A stretch of 63,823 nucleotides of DNA, filler included, from Octopus bimaculoides (taxonomy: Eukaryota), in NCBI RefSeq assembly GCF_001194135.2. It is 5 parts of 4 records of this genome, joined end to end, with 100 filler letters (N's around TTAATTAATTAA, not from the genome) between each part and the next. Parts side by side here need not be neighbours in the genome. Positions count along the whole stretch, not along the records: positions 1 to 31,389 come from NC_068994.1; 4 more parts are not named here. One strand, given 5' to 3'. Every line of letters begins with the position of its first letter. Within the stretch, counting starts at the first letter, position 1. The notes beneath the pieces are model-generated. The model did no database searches. It saw nothing but the letters and a program-made list of their open reading frames with translations, and was not told the origin of the DNA. Both the position numbers and the translations under genes were made by a program. Positions 12,880-24,734 of this stretch are shown here, piece by piece.

Positions 12880-13380
12880 CTCATCATCATCATCATTTAT
12901 TATCCGTTTTCCATGCTGGTATGGGTTGGCTGGTTTGACTGCTGTCTGGAGAGCCAGTGGCTGCACCAGGCTCCAATCTGATCTGACAATGTTTCTACAG
13001 CCCTTCCTAACGCCAGCGACTCTGAGAGTGTAGTGGGTGCTTTTGATGTTCCACCGACACAGGAGCCAGTTAGGGGTTACTGGCATCAATCACATTTGGA
13101 TAGTGCTTTTTACATGCTACCAGCACAGGGGCCAGTCAGTGGGTACTGGCATCAGCCATGTTTGGATGGTACTTTTTACGTGCCACCGGAATGGGAGCCA
13201 GTCAGGGGGTACTGGCATCAGCCACGTTCGGAGGGTGCTTTTTACATGCCACCGGCATGGGGACCAGTCAAGCATTCCTGGCATCAATCACACTTGGATA
13301 GTGCTTTTTACGTCCCACCAGCACGGGAGCCAGTCAGGGGTTACTGGCATTGGCCACGTTTGGATGGTACTTTTTATGTG
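12880..13380 (-). mobile_element. RTE-type LINE 3' end (family D) with expanded internal VNTR
   Basis: (CAT)n at the left, TTTCCATGCTGGTATGGGTTGG...CCCTTCCTAACGCCA...GAGTGTAGTGGGTGCTTTT, then 66-bp units. Confidence 0.75.
13037..13380. repeat. 66-bp minisatellite, five full units plus a partial unit
   Basis: Unit starts GT(G/A)CTTTT fall at 13037, 13103, 13169, 13235, 13301 and 13367, an exact 66-bp period. Confidence 0.92.
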
Positions 13381-13519
13381 TAAACATACATATNNNNNNN
13401 NNNNNNNNNNNNNNNNNNNNNNNNNNNNNNNNNNNNNNNNNNNNNNNNNNNNNNNNNNNNNNNNNNNNNNNNNNNNNNNNNNNNNNNNNNNNNNNNNNNN
13501 NNNNNNNNNNNNTAAACAA

Positions 13520-13625
13520 GATACTTACCACACAGCCACTCCTAGGAATAAAATGGGATGATTATGACTGGAATGCCGTTGATCCTAGATCTGCACGATC
13601 AGAGCTGACCTGGGGCTAAACAACT
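13520..13625 (-). mobile_element. SINE A head (truncated by gap) and adjacent family E/F 3' end
   Basis: The reverse strand gives AGGAGTGGCTGTGTGGTAAGT at 13522-13542. The plus strand has GACTGGAATGCCGTTGATCCTAGATCTGCACGATCAGAGCTGACCTGGGGCTAAACAAC. Confidence 0.5.
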
Positions 13626-13815
13626 ACAGCAATCATTACCGCTCATGGGCCACCACTGTCAACACCGGGATCAGATCACTACCATCCGTTCCACCACCAC
13701 CACCACCACCACCACCATAACCAATACCAGCAATCGTTTCATTACTGTCATTAGCATCACCAACAACACCACCGTCACCATCTCAAACCACCAACAACCC
13801 TCACCACCATCTCTG

Positions 13816-13848
<33 letters not shown>

Positions 13849-14887
13849 ACACCATCTTGTAAACAGCCGAAGAGGAATATACTTAGGGAAATCAATTATT
13901 ACACTGCGAAATACAGTTAGGTACCCCCACCCTCCACAACCACCCACCACTATAAAATGAACCCTTAATAAAAATGATTTGGTACAGGAGAGGGTGTATA
14001 GAGAAGATGAGCTCTGTGCGTGAGTGTGTGTGTGTATGTGTGTGTGAATATGTATGCATGTATGTGTATATATATATATATGTATGTGTGTGTGTTTATG
14101 TGCATATATACATATATGAGTATGTAGATAGCTATGTATGCATATATGTATGTCTGAACATGGGTATATATGTGTACATGTGTGTGTATGTGCATATATA
14201 TGTGTGTTTATATGAATATTTATTTATGCATGTGTGTGTGTGTGTGTGTGAACATGGATGCATATGTATGCAAGTACGTTTATATGGATATGTATGTATG
14301 TATGCATGTATGTGTTAGTGTGTGTCTGTGTGTGTGTGAACATGGTTGCATAAGTATGCGTGTATGTGGGGGGGGTTCTCAGTTATTTGATTTAGAATGG
14401 AGAGAAAGAGAGAGAGGGGAGGGGTAGAGATTGATTGATTGTACTTTTGTTGTAATTTTTTTGGCAACATTTTGTTTTCTTTTTGTTTGTTGTTTTGCTT
14501 GATTGATTGCTCTTGTTGTTGTTGTTTATCTCATAAAAATCTTTTAATTATTATAATTGTGTCTCAAAAAAAAAAAAAAAAGAATAATGAAAAAAAAATA
14601 GAAAATAAAACGAAAATTCAACAACCCCCCAAAAAAGCTACTCAGAAAATTTTTGCGAAATATCTTGCTTAATGGAAAGAAGGAAGGAAGGAAGGAAGAA
14701 TGGACAAGAAAGAAGGAAACGAGGAAAGAAAGACAGAAAGGAACAAAGAATGATAAAAGACAAAACAAAAACAAAAAGCAGTTATCTATCTGTTTATGTG
14801 TTCGTATGTGTCTGAAAGAGAGAGAGAGATCATCACAATGGCTGTGGTCCATCCATTAAATTGGGCAGGGGTGTACCAGTGTATATA

Positions 14888-15075
14888 TCATCATCATCAT
14901 CATCATTACCATCATCTAATGTCCGTTTTTCATGCTGGCTTGGATTGGATGGCTTGACAGGATCCAATGAGTCAGCAGACAGTGTTCGGCACCAATGTCC
15001 GCTTCGGACATGATTTCTATGGCCGGGATGCCCTTCCTCGTGTCAGCCACTTGGCAGAGCGTGTTGGGTGTAATT
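14888..15075 (-). mobile_element. RTE-type 3' end (family D), diverged
   Basis: (CAT)n then GTCCGTTTTTCATGCTGGCTTGGATTGGA...GGATGCCCTTCCT. Confidence 0.6.
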
Positions 15076-15344
15076 TTTCACCATGCTGCTGTGATGATTC
15101 ACAGTATATCTTAATTGTTTATTTTAAAATCTGGCAGAGCCAGATCTCCCTCTCTAGGTCTATCACAGCCAATTTCTAACACAAACACACACATACGTAC
15201 ACAGATAAGAATCAAGCCCTGTACTAGACTGGAACTTGTTTAATCAGCTCCAAGAGGAGAAACAGGAAAGCTAACCTCAGAATGGTTTCAACTCAGAATG
15301 CAGAGGGACAGTAAATAACACAAGACATCATATCTAACCTCGCC

Positions 15345-15490
15345 CCACCCCCACACACAATGGGCTCCTTTCAAACCGGGAAAACATACAGCTGCAAAGC
15401 AAACTTCTTGACAGGCAGAGCATTCAGCTGTAGAAAATCTGCCTCAACAACTTCTGTCTGGACAATGCAAGCATGGAAGAGTAGACATTA

Positions 15491-15492
<2 letters not shown>
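15345..15492 (+). mobile_element. LINE/SINE 3' end related to family D
   Basis: GAGCATTCAGCTGTAGAAAATCTGCCTCAAC...GCAAGCATGGAAGAGTAGACATTAAAT. Confidence 0.5.
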
Positions 15493-15531
<39 letters not shown>

Positions 15532-15556
15532 CAATGAGATGGAATATACAAAAATC

Positions 15557-15777
15557 AAGGTGGTGAGCTGGCAGGGTGGTTAGCATGCAGGGCGAAATGC
15601 TTAGCGGTATTTCATCTGCCTTTACGTTCTGAGTTCAAATTCCAACAACGTCAACTTTGCTTTTCATCCTTTCAGGGTCAATAAATTAAGTACCAGTTGC
15701 ATACTGGGGTGGATCTAACTGACTGCCCGCCCCCTACTCCCCCCAAATTTTTCAGGCCTTGTGCCTAGAATAGAAAA
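15557..15777 (+). mobile_element. SINE family B, full length, with 16-bp TSD
   Basis: Head GGTGAGCTGGCAG...GTTAGC, B-box-like GAGTTCAAATTCC, and central GTCAACTTTGCTTTTCATCCTTTCAGGGTCAATAAATTAAGTACCAG. TSD is GGAATATACAAAAATC (15541-15556) / GGAACATACAAAAATC (15778-15793). Confidence 0.92.
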
Positions 15778-15793
15778 GGAACATACAAAAATC

Positions 15794-16000
15794 CTTATTG
15801 ATCGCTACTGTCGTTTCGACCCTTCTAGCTTCAATCCCTCGCACGTGGGATACTGCAAAACTGATTTAGGCGTATCGCTCGGTGTAGAGGTGTCTCCTTA
15901 GGTGATTTCAAGAGGTATCTCATTAAAATAAACTCTACTTCACACAACTTGTTGAAGCATGTTAACTTCTTCGGCTTCGTAGATAGAAAATCTACTTCCT
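15794..16000 (-). mobile_element. Possible Penelope-like 3' remnant (alternatively an unrecognised exon)
   Basis: CpG-retaining island with a 56-codon open frame, followed by a degenerate ...GGGTCGAAACGACAGT motif. Confidence 0.25.
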
Positions 16001-16179
16001 ATATATAAGCTTGTTATATACTGTAAGCTCATTATTATTGTGGTTCTGAGATTCTCTTCTTCCTTCAATTTTGTTTCCATTTCTTGCTGAGTGTCTTCTC
16101 AACACCTAGGGCAAAGAGACTCATTGGTAGGCCATTAAAATAACCACACAACATTATTATTATTATTATTATTATTAAT

Positions 16180-16395
16180 AAGGTGGCAAGCTGGCAAAAT
16201 TATTACCATGTCAGACAAAATGCTAAGCAGTATTTTGTCCGTCTTTATGTTCTGAGTTCAAAAGAGACTGGAGTCGACTTTGCCTGTCATCCTTTCAGGG
16301 TCGCTGAACTAAGTACCAGTTACACACTGGGATTACACAATGTAATTGACTAGTCCCCTCTTCCAAAATTTCAGGCCTTGTGCCTATAGCAGAAA
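16180..16395 (+). mobile_element. SINE family B
   Basis: AAGGTGGCAAGCTGGCA...GTCGACTTTGCCTGTCATCCTTTCAGGGTC...AAGTACCAGTT...GGCCTTGTGCCTA; flanked by (TAT)n. Confidence 0.8.
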
Positions 16396-17783
16396 GTATT
16401 ATTATTGTTATTATTGTTATTATTATACACACACAGTTGTACATGTGCATTTGATATCCATCCATCCACCCGACTGTGTGTGTGTGTATGTGTGTGTTAT
16501 ATCTATTCATCTCTATATAAATATGTCTGGGATCCATTGATCAATCTATTTGTGTATGCTTATACATCTATGTGATATCTCTGACCATCTGTGTATGTCT
16601 TTCTTCCAATCAATGCACAAACAGATGTATGTGTGATATCTATGTATTCATCTATTTATTTCTTTTACTGATTCCAGGCACTGAACAAAGAAGGCCATGC
16701 TGGGGGGGGGGGCACAGCCTTCAAGGGTGTTTTTAATCAATCATATTGACTCCAGTACTTATTTTAGTTTGGTACTTATTTTATCGATCTCGATTTATTG
16801 AATGACTAAGTCATGTTTATTGAGGCAACACGTTTCCATTCTGAGTAGACAAACAAAGAACAGACAAAGACGCACATATACAACTCCCTGCCACACACAC
16901 ACACACACACATGCATATACAGCATTGGCCAAGAATCACATTACAGTAAATCAAAACCATTTAATTCCAAGATTAAAACAAAAAAATTNNNNNNNNNNNN
17001 NNNNNNNNNNNNNNNNNNNNNNNNNNNNNNNNNNNNNNNNNNNNNNNNNNNNNNNNNNNNNNNNNNNNNNNNNNNNNNNNNNNNNNNNNNNNNNNNNNNN
17101 NNNNNNNNNNNNNNNNNNNNNNNNNNNNNNNNNNNNNNNNNNNNNNNNNNNNNNNNNNNNNNNNNNNNNNNNNNNNNNNNNNNNNNNNNNNNNNNNNNNN
17201 NNNNNNNNNNNNNNNNNNNNNNNNNNNNNNNNNNNNNNNNNNNNNNNNNNNNNNNNNNNNNNNNNNNNNNNNNNNNNNNNNNNNNNNNNNNNNNNNNNNN
17301 NNNNNNNNNNNNNNNNNNNNNNNNNNNNNNNNNNNNNNNNNNNNNNNNNNNNNNNNNNNNNNNNNNNNNNNNNNNNNNNNNNNNNNNNNNNNNNNNNNNN
17401 NNNNNNNNNNNNNNNNNNNNNNNNNNNNNNNNNNNNNNNNNNNNNNNNNNNNNNNNNNNNNNNNNNNNNNNNNNNNNNNNNNNNNNNNNNNNNNNNNNNN
17501 NNNNNNNNNNNNNNNNNNNNNNNNNNNNNNNNNNNNNNNNNNNNNNNNNNNNNNNNNNNNNNNNNNNNNNNNNNNNNNNNNNNNNNNNNNNNNNNNNNNN
17601 NNNNNNNNNNNNNNNNNNNNNNNNNNNNNNNNNNNNNNNNNNNNNNNNNNNNNNNNNNNNNNNNNNNNNNNNNNNNNNNNNNNNNNNNNNNNNNNNNNNN
17701 NNNNNNNNNNNNNNNNNNNNNNNNNNNNNNNNNNNNNNNNNNNNNNNNNNNNNNNNNNNNNNNNNNNNNNNNNNNNNNNNNNN

Positions 17784-17822
<39 letters not shown>

Positions 17823-17934
17823 GAAATATTCATGTCCTATATTAGAAAATAAACTAGTTTGATTCAAATAACAGACGTAAAATCCACCGCATTTTTTACC
17901 CTTTCTTAAGGACATTCAGCAATAAAAACTAACT

Positions 17935-18030
17935 ATGGCACCTGTTGCAGCCCCTGGATTTGCCAGTTCCTGCCAAGCTGTCCAACCTATGTCAGCATGA
18001 AAATCGGAATTTAAATGTTGGTGATGATAA
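17935..18030 (+). mobile_element. Family D 3' end
   Basis: GCTGTCCAACCTATGTCAGCATGAAAATCGG...TTAAATGTTGGTGATGAT. Confidence 0.55.
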
Positions 18031-18504
18031 CAATGATGTTATACATACAAACACAACCACACACACACACACACACACATATATTTATCAGTGCACGCAT
18101 GATATCTATCTAATCATCTACACAGCTGTATATGTTCAACATACAGCTATCAATCTTTGTGAGTGTGACAGTGTGTGTGTGTGTGTGTGTGCATTGGCAT
18201 GTATGTATGTCAACAGGATATCGATCTGTCCACTATAGTACATCAATTGTCATCTGTCAATCCATCTCTCTTTCACTACAGAATAAGCAAATAAAAACTA
18301 CATGAGAGGAAAGACAGCTGTTAAGTCATTAAACCTAATTATATGAATTTCCTTGAGATAGCTAATTCAGAAACAGGCCAATCACGTTGGGCTGTCAAGT
18401 TGAACAGATTTCAGAAGTCCTTGGGGCATTGATATGCAAAAGTTTAGAAAGTATTGTTATATTTTTGTATCATATTATAAATACACACACACATGTATGT
18501 ATAT

Positions 18505-18745
18505 GGTGAGGTATGTGGCTTAGTGGTTAGGATGTTGCACTCCTAATCATAAGATTACGGTTTCAATTCCTGGACTGGGTGATGCATTGTTTTTGAGCAA
18601 AACACTTCATTTCACATTGCTCCAGGCCACACAGCTGCCAAAAATTAGTGATTCTGCAACAGACCAGCGTCCTATCCAGTGGTGGTTGGGTTTAATATGC
18701 CACACAGAATCCAAGAAATCACCCTTATGAGCCCATGGCTAGAGG
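18505..18745 (+). mobile_element. SINE family C (tRNA head, V-domain-like centre)
   Basis: A-box-like GTGGCTTAGTGG and B-box-like GGTTTCAATTCC; centre CTGCAACAGACCAGCGTCCTATCCAGTGG resembles the V-SINE motif CTGCGATGGACTGGCGTCCCGTCCAGGG. Confidence 0.6.
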
Positions 18746-18764
18746 ACTTTTGATCCTTTTCCTT

Positions 18765-18829
<65 letters not shown>

Positions 18830-19294
18830 NNNNNNNNNNNNNNNNNNNNNNNNNNNNNNNNNNNNNNNNNNNNNNNNNNNNNNNNNNNNNNNNNNNNNNN
18901 NNNNNNNNNNNNNNNNNNNNNNNNNNNNNNNNNNNNNNNNNNNNNNNNNNNNNNNNNNNNNNNNNNNNNNNNNNNNNNNNNNNNNNNNNNNNNNNNNNNN
19001 NNNNNNNNNNNNNNNNNNNNNNNNNNNNNNNNNNNNNNNNNNNNNNNNNNNNNNNNNNNNNNNNNNNNNNNNNNNNNNNNNNNNNNNNNNNNNNNNNNNN
19101 NNNNNNNNNNNNNNNNNNNNNNNNNNNNNNNNNNNNNNNNNNNNNNNNNNNNNNNNNNNNNNNNNNNNNNNNNNNNNNNNNNNNNNNNNNNNNNNNNNNN
19201 NNNNNNNNNNNNNNNNNNNNNNNNNNNNNNNNNNNNNNNNNNNNNNNNNNNNNNNNNNNNCTTAGCTATAAAGGTAAACAATAGGTGATTATCT

Positions 19295-19420
19295 CCCTTT
19301 GCCATTGGCCATTGAGTTCCGGTGGCCGTGCCGCCATCTTGCAGTCACCAAAAATCACGAGGGTAAATGATTGTCTCCCTTCAGCCTTGGCTATTGGCTT
19401 CCAGCTGTGCCGTCACCTTG
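19295..19420 (-). promoter_or_regulatory. Candidate promoter/enhancer island (YY1 site plus two CCAAT boxes, CpG retained)
   Basis: GCCGCCATCTTG at 19330-19341 (reverse CAAGATGGCGGC); minus-strand GGCCAATGG (about 19302-19310) and AGCCAATAG (about 19391-19399); six CpGs in about 110 bp. Confidence 0.35.
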
Positions 19421-20089
19421 CGGTACATATATATATATGTATAGTCAATTCAAAGAACAAACAATTAAAAAAAAAAACAGAAGAAAAAAAAAAAAGAAAA
19501 AAAAATGAACATGAGGACATGCACAAGCAATATATTAACTTGACATTTCAGTGAAAGGAGAGAGTTGTTAAAGTTTCGAGCATGGCTCTTCATTGGAAAG
19601 GGGAAAGAGAACGAAGGAAAAATAAGAAAAAAAATTTGGAAAAATATATATATTATATAAAATCTGCATATACATACAAATATGTGCGTGTATTGTATAT
19701 ATTATGTAGGTAGATTCATAATGGCCTGTGTGCTTGTATTTATTATGCATGCCAGTAGCCATAATGGTGTGTGTGTGCAAGCATCATTGTGTATATATGA
19801 GAATATACACCTGCTCAATTTTGAAAGGCAACTTGACAGATAGGATATGGAGCATTACGGGAATGTAAAAACTACATCATAACTCTTAAGATTGCTGATA
19901 GTTTCTGCAAAATTTAACTTGAAATAATGCTTTCTAATGTTTGATAAAGAAATGCTCAACATACCACATAAATAAATAAATAGACAGACAGACAGACAGA
20001 CAGATAGTATCTACTCTACAGCAAGACACATATCATTCCCATACCTTTAATCTGGCACAAAGTCACCCCAAACACCTCAATACTACTCA

Positions 20090-20565
20090 CCAGCTGAGGG
20101 GATTTTGTCTAGCCGGTTACTTGGTAACCCTGTTGGTGCTGGTGCCACATAAAACCCATTGGTGCCTCGTAAAAAAATCACCCAGTACACTCTGTAAGAT
20201 GGTTGGTATTCGAAAGGGCATCCAGTGGTATAAACCATGCATGTAACTAGCACCCGTGTCGTGGACATGTAAGAAGCACCTTTCGAGTGTTGGGCCTCAC
20301 AGATGAGACTTTGGCAATCTGTTGTGCTTGAGTAGAAGACACATCAAGCCAAGTGAAACTGTAGTCATGGCACAAACTGGTGTCACACAGCTGGCACCAT
20401 TGCCGGTGGCACATGAAAGCACCCATTACACTTTCGGAGGGGTTGGTGTTAGGAAGGGCATCCAGCTGTAGAAAGCCATGCCAAATCAGACTGGGGTCTG
20501 GTGCAGGCCCTCAGCTTACAAGCTCTGGTCAAACCGTCCAACCCATGCCAGTATGGGCAATGAAC
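20090..20565 (+). mobile_element. Two tandem RTE-type 3' ends (family D)
   Basis: Two GGTTGGT.TT.G.AAGGGCATCCAG blocks; the second is preceded by RTE C-terminal-like codons (WQSVVLE.KTHQAK*). Confidence 0.7.
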
Positions 20566-20627
20566 GTGTTGTGTTTCGTACACACACACATTCATACATA
20601 CATACATACATTCATACACACACATAG

Positions 20628-20710
20628 ATACATGCTTTCATAGACATACATGCTTTCATAGACATACATGCTTTCATAGACATACATGCTTTCATAGACA
20701 TACATGCTTT

Positions 20711-20748
<38 letters not shown>

Positions 20749-21077
20749 TACATATATGCTTTCATACACACACACATACATATATACATGCTTTTGTACA
20801 CACACACACACACATACATGCATACATACATTCATACACACACATAGATACATGCTTTCATAGATATACATGCTTTCATACACACACACACACATACATA
20901 GATATATGCTTTCATACACNNNNNNNNNNNNNNNNNNNNNNNNNNNNNNNNNNNNNNNNNNNNNNNNNNNNNNNNNNNNNNNNNNNNNNNNNNNNNNNNN
21001 NNNNNNNNNNNNNNNNNNNNNNNNNNNNNNATACATGCTTTCATAGACATACATGCTTTCATAGACATACATGCTTT

Positions 21078-21115
<38 letters not shown>

Positions 21116-21140
21116 TACATATATGCTTTCATACACACAC
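20628..21140. repeat. 18-bp minisatellite ATACATGCTTTCATAGAC within (CA)/(CATA) tracts
   Basis: Four perfect units at 20628-20699 and more copies after the gap at 21031-21080. Confidence 0.85.
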
Positions 21141-21316
21141 ACATACATATATACATGCTTTTGTACACACACACACACATACATACATATATGCTTTCAT
21201 ACACACACATATACATGCTTACATACACAAACACATACATACACACACAGTTTCTCACACACAAACAACATGCATTATATACATCCGCACTCAAACAAAA
21301 CAAACTCATTTATTAT

Positions 21317-21357
<41 letters not shown>

Positions 21358-23107
21358 CACGTGCTGTATTACATGCTTTGAAATGTTTGCATTTCAATGT
21401 CTATGCAATGAAATCTTATTTAAGAGCTTTGATGTGCGTGTGTGTGTATGTGTGTGTGTGTGTGTGTGTGTGAGTGTGTGTGTGTGTGAATGTGTATCCC
21501 AATTCAGAGCAGTGACATAAAACTAAACTGCAAATATAACAATCAACCAAGGAACCAATGGCGATCTATAAACTAATTGATTAGCGAGCTAGCTATCTGA
21601 ACAAACATATATAATTGTGTGTGTGTGTGTGTGTGAGGGGGAAAACGTGTGGGCACATAATATTTACATACTTCCAAAAACACAAATATTCATACAAATA
21701 TAATACACACAGTACATATATTAAATATATATATNNNNNNNNNNNNNNNNNNNNNNNNNNNNNNNNNNNNNNNNNNNNNNNNNNNNNNNNNNNNNNNNNN
21801 NNNNNNNNNNNNNNNNNNNNNNNNNNNNNNNNNNATAAAAGAATAAAAGAATAAAAAAATAGTGCTCATTTACAATTTATATCAAGTATAAATAATGTAT
21901 GTTTGAGAAAGTGCGTGTATGTGTATGTATATACACATTTATACATATACACTCATAAACACAAAATATATACATTACACAACAAACAGAAAACTGCAAC
22001 TCAAAACATAAATAAATGTGCATGTTTACAATCGTACACATATACAAACATGCAAGCATATACATACATACACGTATACATACATACACGCACACACACA
22101 TAATCAAGAACAAACATTCAGAGAAGGGTGGGGATGGGGGAGGAGAGAGGGAAGGACGAACGCATTTCTAATTTTCAAAATCAATATCAAAATAACTCAA
22201 ATCCGCCGCCGCCGCCACCACCACCACTTCCGTCACCCTACCCCATCCCCCACATGCACACAGACACAACTAACTATCCACAATCCTAACAANNNNNNNN
22301 NNNNNNNNNNNNNNNNNNNNNNNNNNNNNNNNNNNNNNNNNNNNNNNNNNNNNNNNNNNNNNNNNNNNNNNNNNNNNNNNNNNNNNNNNNNNNNNNNNNN
22401 NNNNNNNNNNNNNNNNNNNNNNNNNNNNNNNNNNNNNNNNNNNNNNNNNNNNNNNNNNNNNNNNNNNNNNNNNNNNNNNNNNNNNNNNNNNNNNNNNNNN
22501 NNNNNNNNNNNNNNNNNNNNNNNNNNNNNNNNNNNNNNNNNNNNNNNNNNNNNNNNCAAACAGATGGTTCTGGCATGTAGTTTTAAGATCGTTACAGAAT
22601 GGCATCCCAACGCAATACAATTAAATATTGGATATTTGGGATTTTTTTTTTCCCATTCTATTTCTTTTTTTTTCCTTGTTTTCACTTATTTATTGTTCTT
22701 TTTTTTTTTTGTATCCAAAGAGCAAGAAGACATCCAGACAAGATGGTACCTCTATGGTACAGTGCGCCAGTACTCTAGTGCTGAGTAGCTTTATAATTAC
22801 TCTCAGATATTCAGGGCAACCCCCATGTCTCTTCCTATCATTACCCATTTTACCACAGTCCACATATTGTCCCCTACCCCTGCACTAGGAACTTTCCATC
22901 AAGAGTCATCTCATTGGAAATCCCTCCATGTCCATAATGTTCTTGCTGTAGCTGATGTCATTGTTGTCGTCTAGCAACAAAGAGGGCAGACTAAGCAGAT
23001 TTGTGATCTATAAACACTTATTGATGTTTAGCACATATACATACGTCAGGATGTATATACATGCCTATACTGGCACAGGTGTTGCTATGGGTGCAGGAGT
23101 GGTGATA

Positions 23108-23280
23108 AGCACGAGTGTGGCTGCGTGGTAAAAAGCTTGCTTTCCAGCAACATGGTTTTGGGTTCAGTCCTACTGTGTGGCACCACAGGCAAGTGTCTTC
23201 TACTTTGGGCCCTGGGCTGACCAAAGCCTTGTGAGTAGATCTGATGGATGGAAAGTGAAAGAAGCCCATTGTGATATGTC
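23108..23280 (+). mobile_element. SINE family A, 5' half
   Basis: GTGTGGCTGCGTGGTAAAAAGCTTGCTT...GGCAAGTGTCTTCTAC...GAAAGAAGCCC. Confidence 0.75.
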
Positions 23281-23436
23281 CATGTGTGTATAAGCATAAG
23301 TCAGAGTAACTTCCATAGGACAACAGAGAATCGTACAGATATCACATCAAGTTCTTCTAACAGACTTGGCTATCAATCTACATATTTTCATTTTTATGTG
23401 TGTGTGTGTGTGTGTGTGTGTGCATGCATGGGTAGG

Positions 23437-23570
23437 ATGGTACTTAATTTATTGACCCCAAAAGGATGAAAGGCAAAATCGAACTCGGCGGAATTTGAAC
23501 TCAGAACGTAGCGACGGGCAAAATACCTCTGAGTATTTCGTCCTGCATGCTAACGATTCTGCCAGCTCGC
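23437..23570 (-). mobile_element. SINE family B, 3' truncated
   Basis: The reverse strand reads GCGAGCTGGCAGAATCGTTAGCATG...GAGTTCAAATTCCGCCGAGTTCGATTTTGCCTTTCATCCTTTTGGGGTCAATAAATTAAGTACC. Confidence 0.85.
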
Positions 23571-23610
<40 letters not shown>

Positions 23611-24701
23611 GATCTAGTAAAAATAAATAACTTTTACATTTACAGCAGGTCAATTTCTGATGGAGTAGGCTTATGATGAAAAGCATACCAGCCTTGACCA
23701 TCTCATATTTCTAAGGGGGTACACTATCTAACATGACCTCTTCTTGTTTAAAGATGGCAGCGTGTGGGCTGGAGGAAGATTTGGCTGCTATTTCTAGCAA
23801 CAGATCCCTCACTGGATCATTTTTGCGCATGTTTTAAAGTTGATGTAAGAAACAGCTTGGAAAAAAAAAAATGGGTTTTTACGTAAAAGTTACATATGGA
23901 AGGTAATTAATTTAAATGTGAACAATTTAAAATAAGGTTTTTGTTAGCTTTTTTTATCCTAGAGGCAGTCAGAAAGCTGGTTGGTATTAACAGGGTTAAA
24001 AGACCTGTCAGCTGCATCAACACACATTTCTACATTCTGGTGTTTGCATTTTGTATTTAATGCCGTCACTCCTTGCTGTGCTGCCTTACATTCCAAAGTG
24101 AAAGGCAGGAGGAAAAAATGAAACAGATTTTGGTTTGGTTACATTTGTTTCTGCTGTATAAGNNNNNNNNNNNNNNNNNNNNNNNNNNNNNNNNNNNNNN
24201 NNNNNNNNNNNNNNNNNNNNNNNNNNNNNNNNNNNNNNNNNNNNNNNNNNNNNNNNNNNNNNNNNNNNNNNNNNNNNNNNNNNNNNNNNNNNNNNNNNNN
24301 NNNNNNNNNNNNNNNNNNNNNNNNNNNNNNNNNNNNNNNNNNNNNNNNNNNNNNNNNNNNNNNNNNNNNNNNNNNNNNNNNNNNNNNNNNNNNNNNNNNN
24401 NNNNNNNNNNNNNNNNNNNNNNNNNNNNNNNNNNNNNNNNNNNNNNNNNNNNNNNNNNNNNNNNNNNNNNNNNNNNNNNNNNNNNNNNNNNNNNNNNNNN
24501 NNNNNNNNNNNNNNNNNNNNNNNNNNNNNNNNNNNNNNNNNNNNNNNNNNNNNNNNNNNNNNNNNNNNNNNNNNNNNNNNNNNNNNNNNNNNNNNNNNNN
24601 NNNNNNNNNNNNNNNNNNNNNNNNNNNNNNNNNNNNNNNNNNNNNNNNNNNNNNNNNNNNNNNNNNNNNNNNNNNNNNNNNNNNNNNNNNNNNNNNNNNN
24701 N

Positions 24702-24734
<33 letters not shown>

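Noticed and set aside
13037-13380. CRISPR-like array (also considered for 39520-39735)
   Set aside because: The units are homologous over their whole length, with no unique spacers and no cas genes; the context is eukaryotic.
22900-22970. Minus-strand acceptor followed by DNNDISYSKNIMDMEGFPMR*
   Set aside because: Short, with no homology; could be chance.
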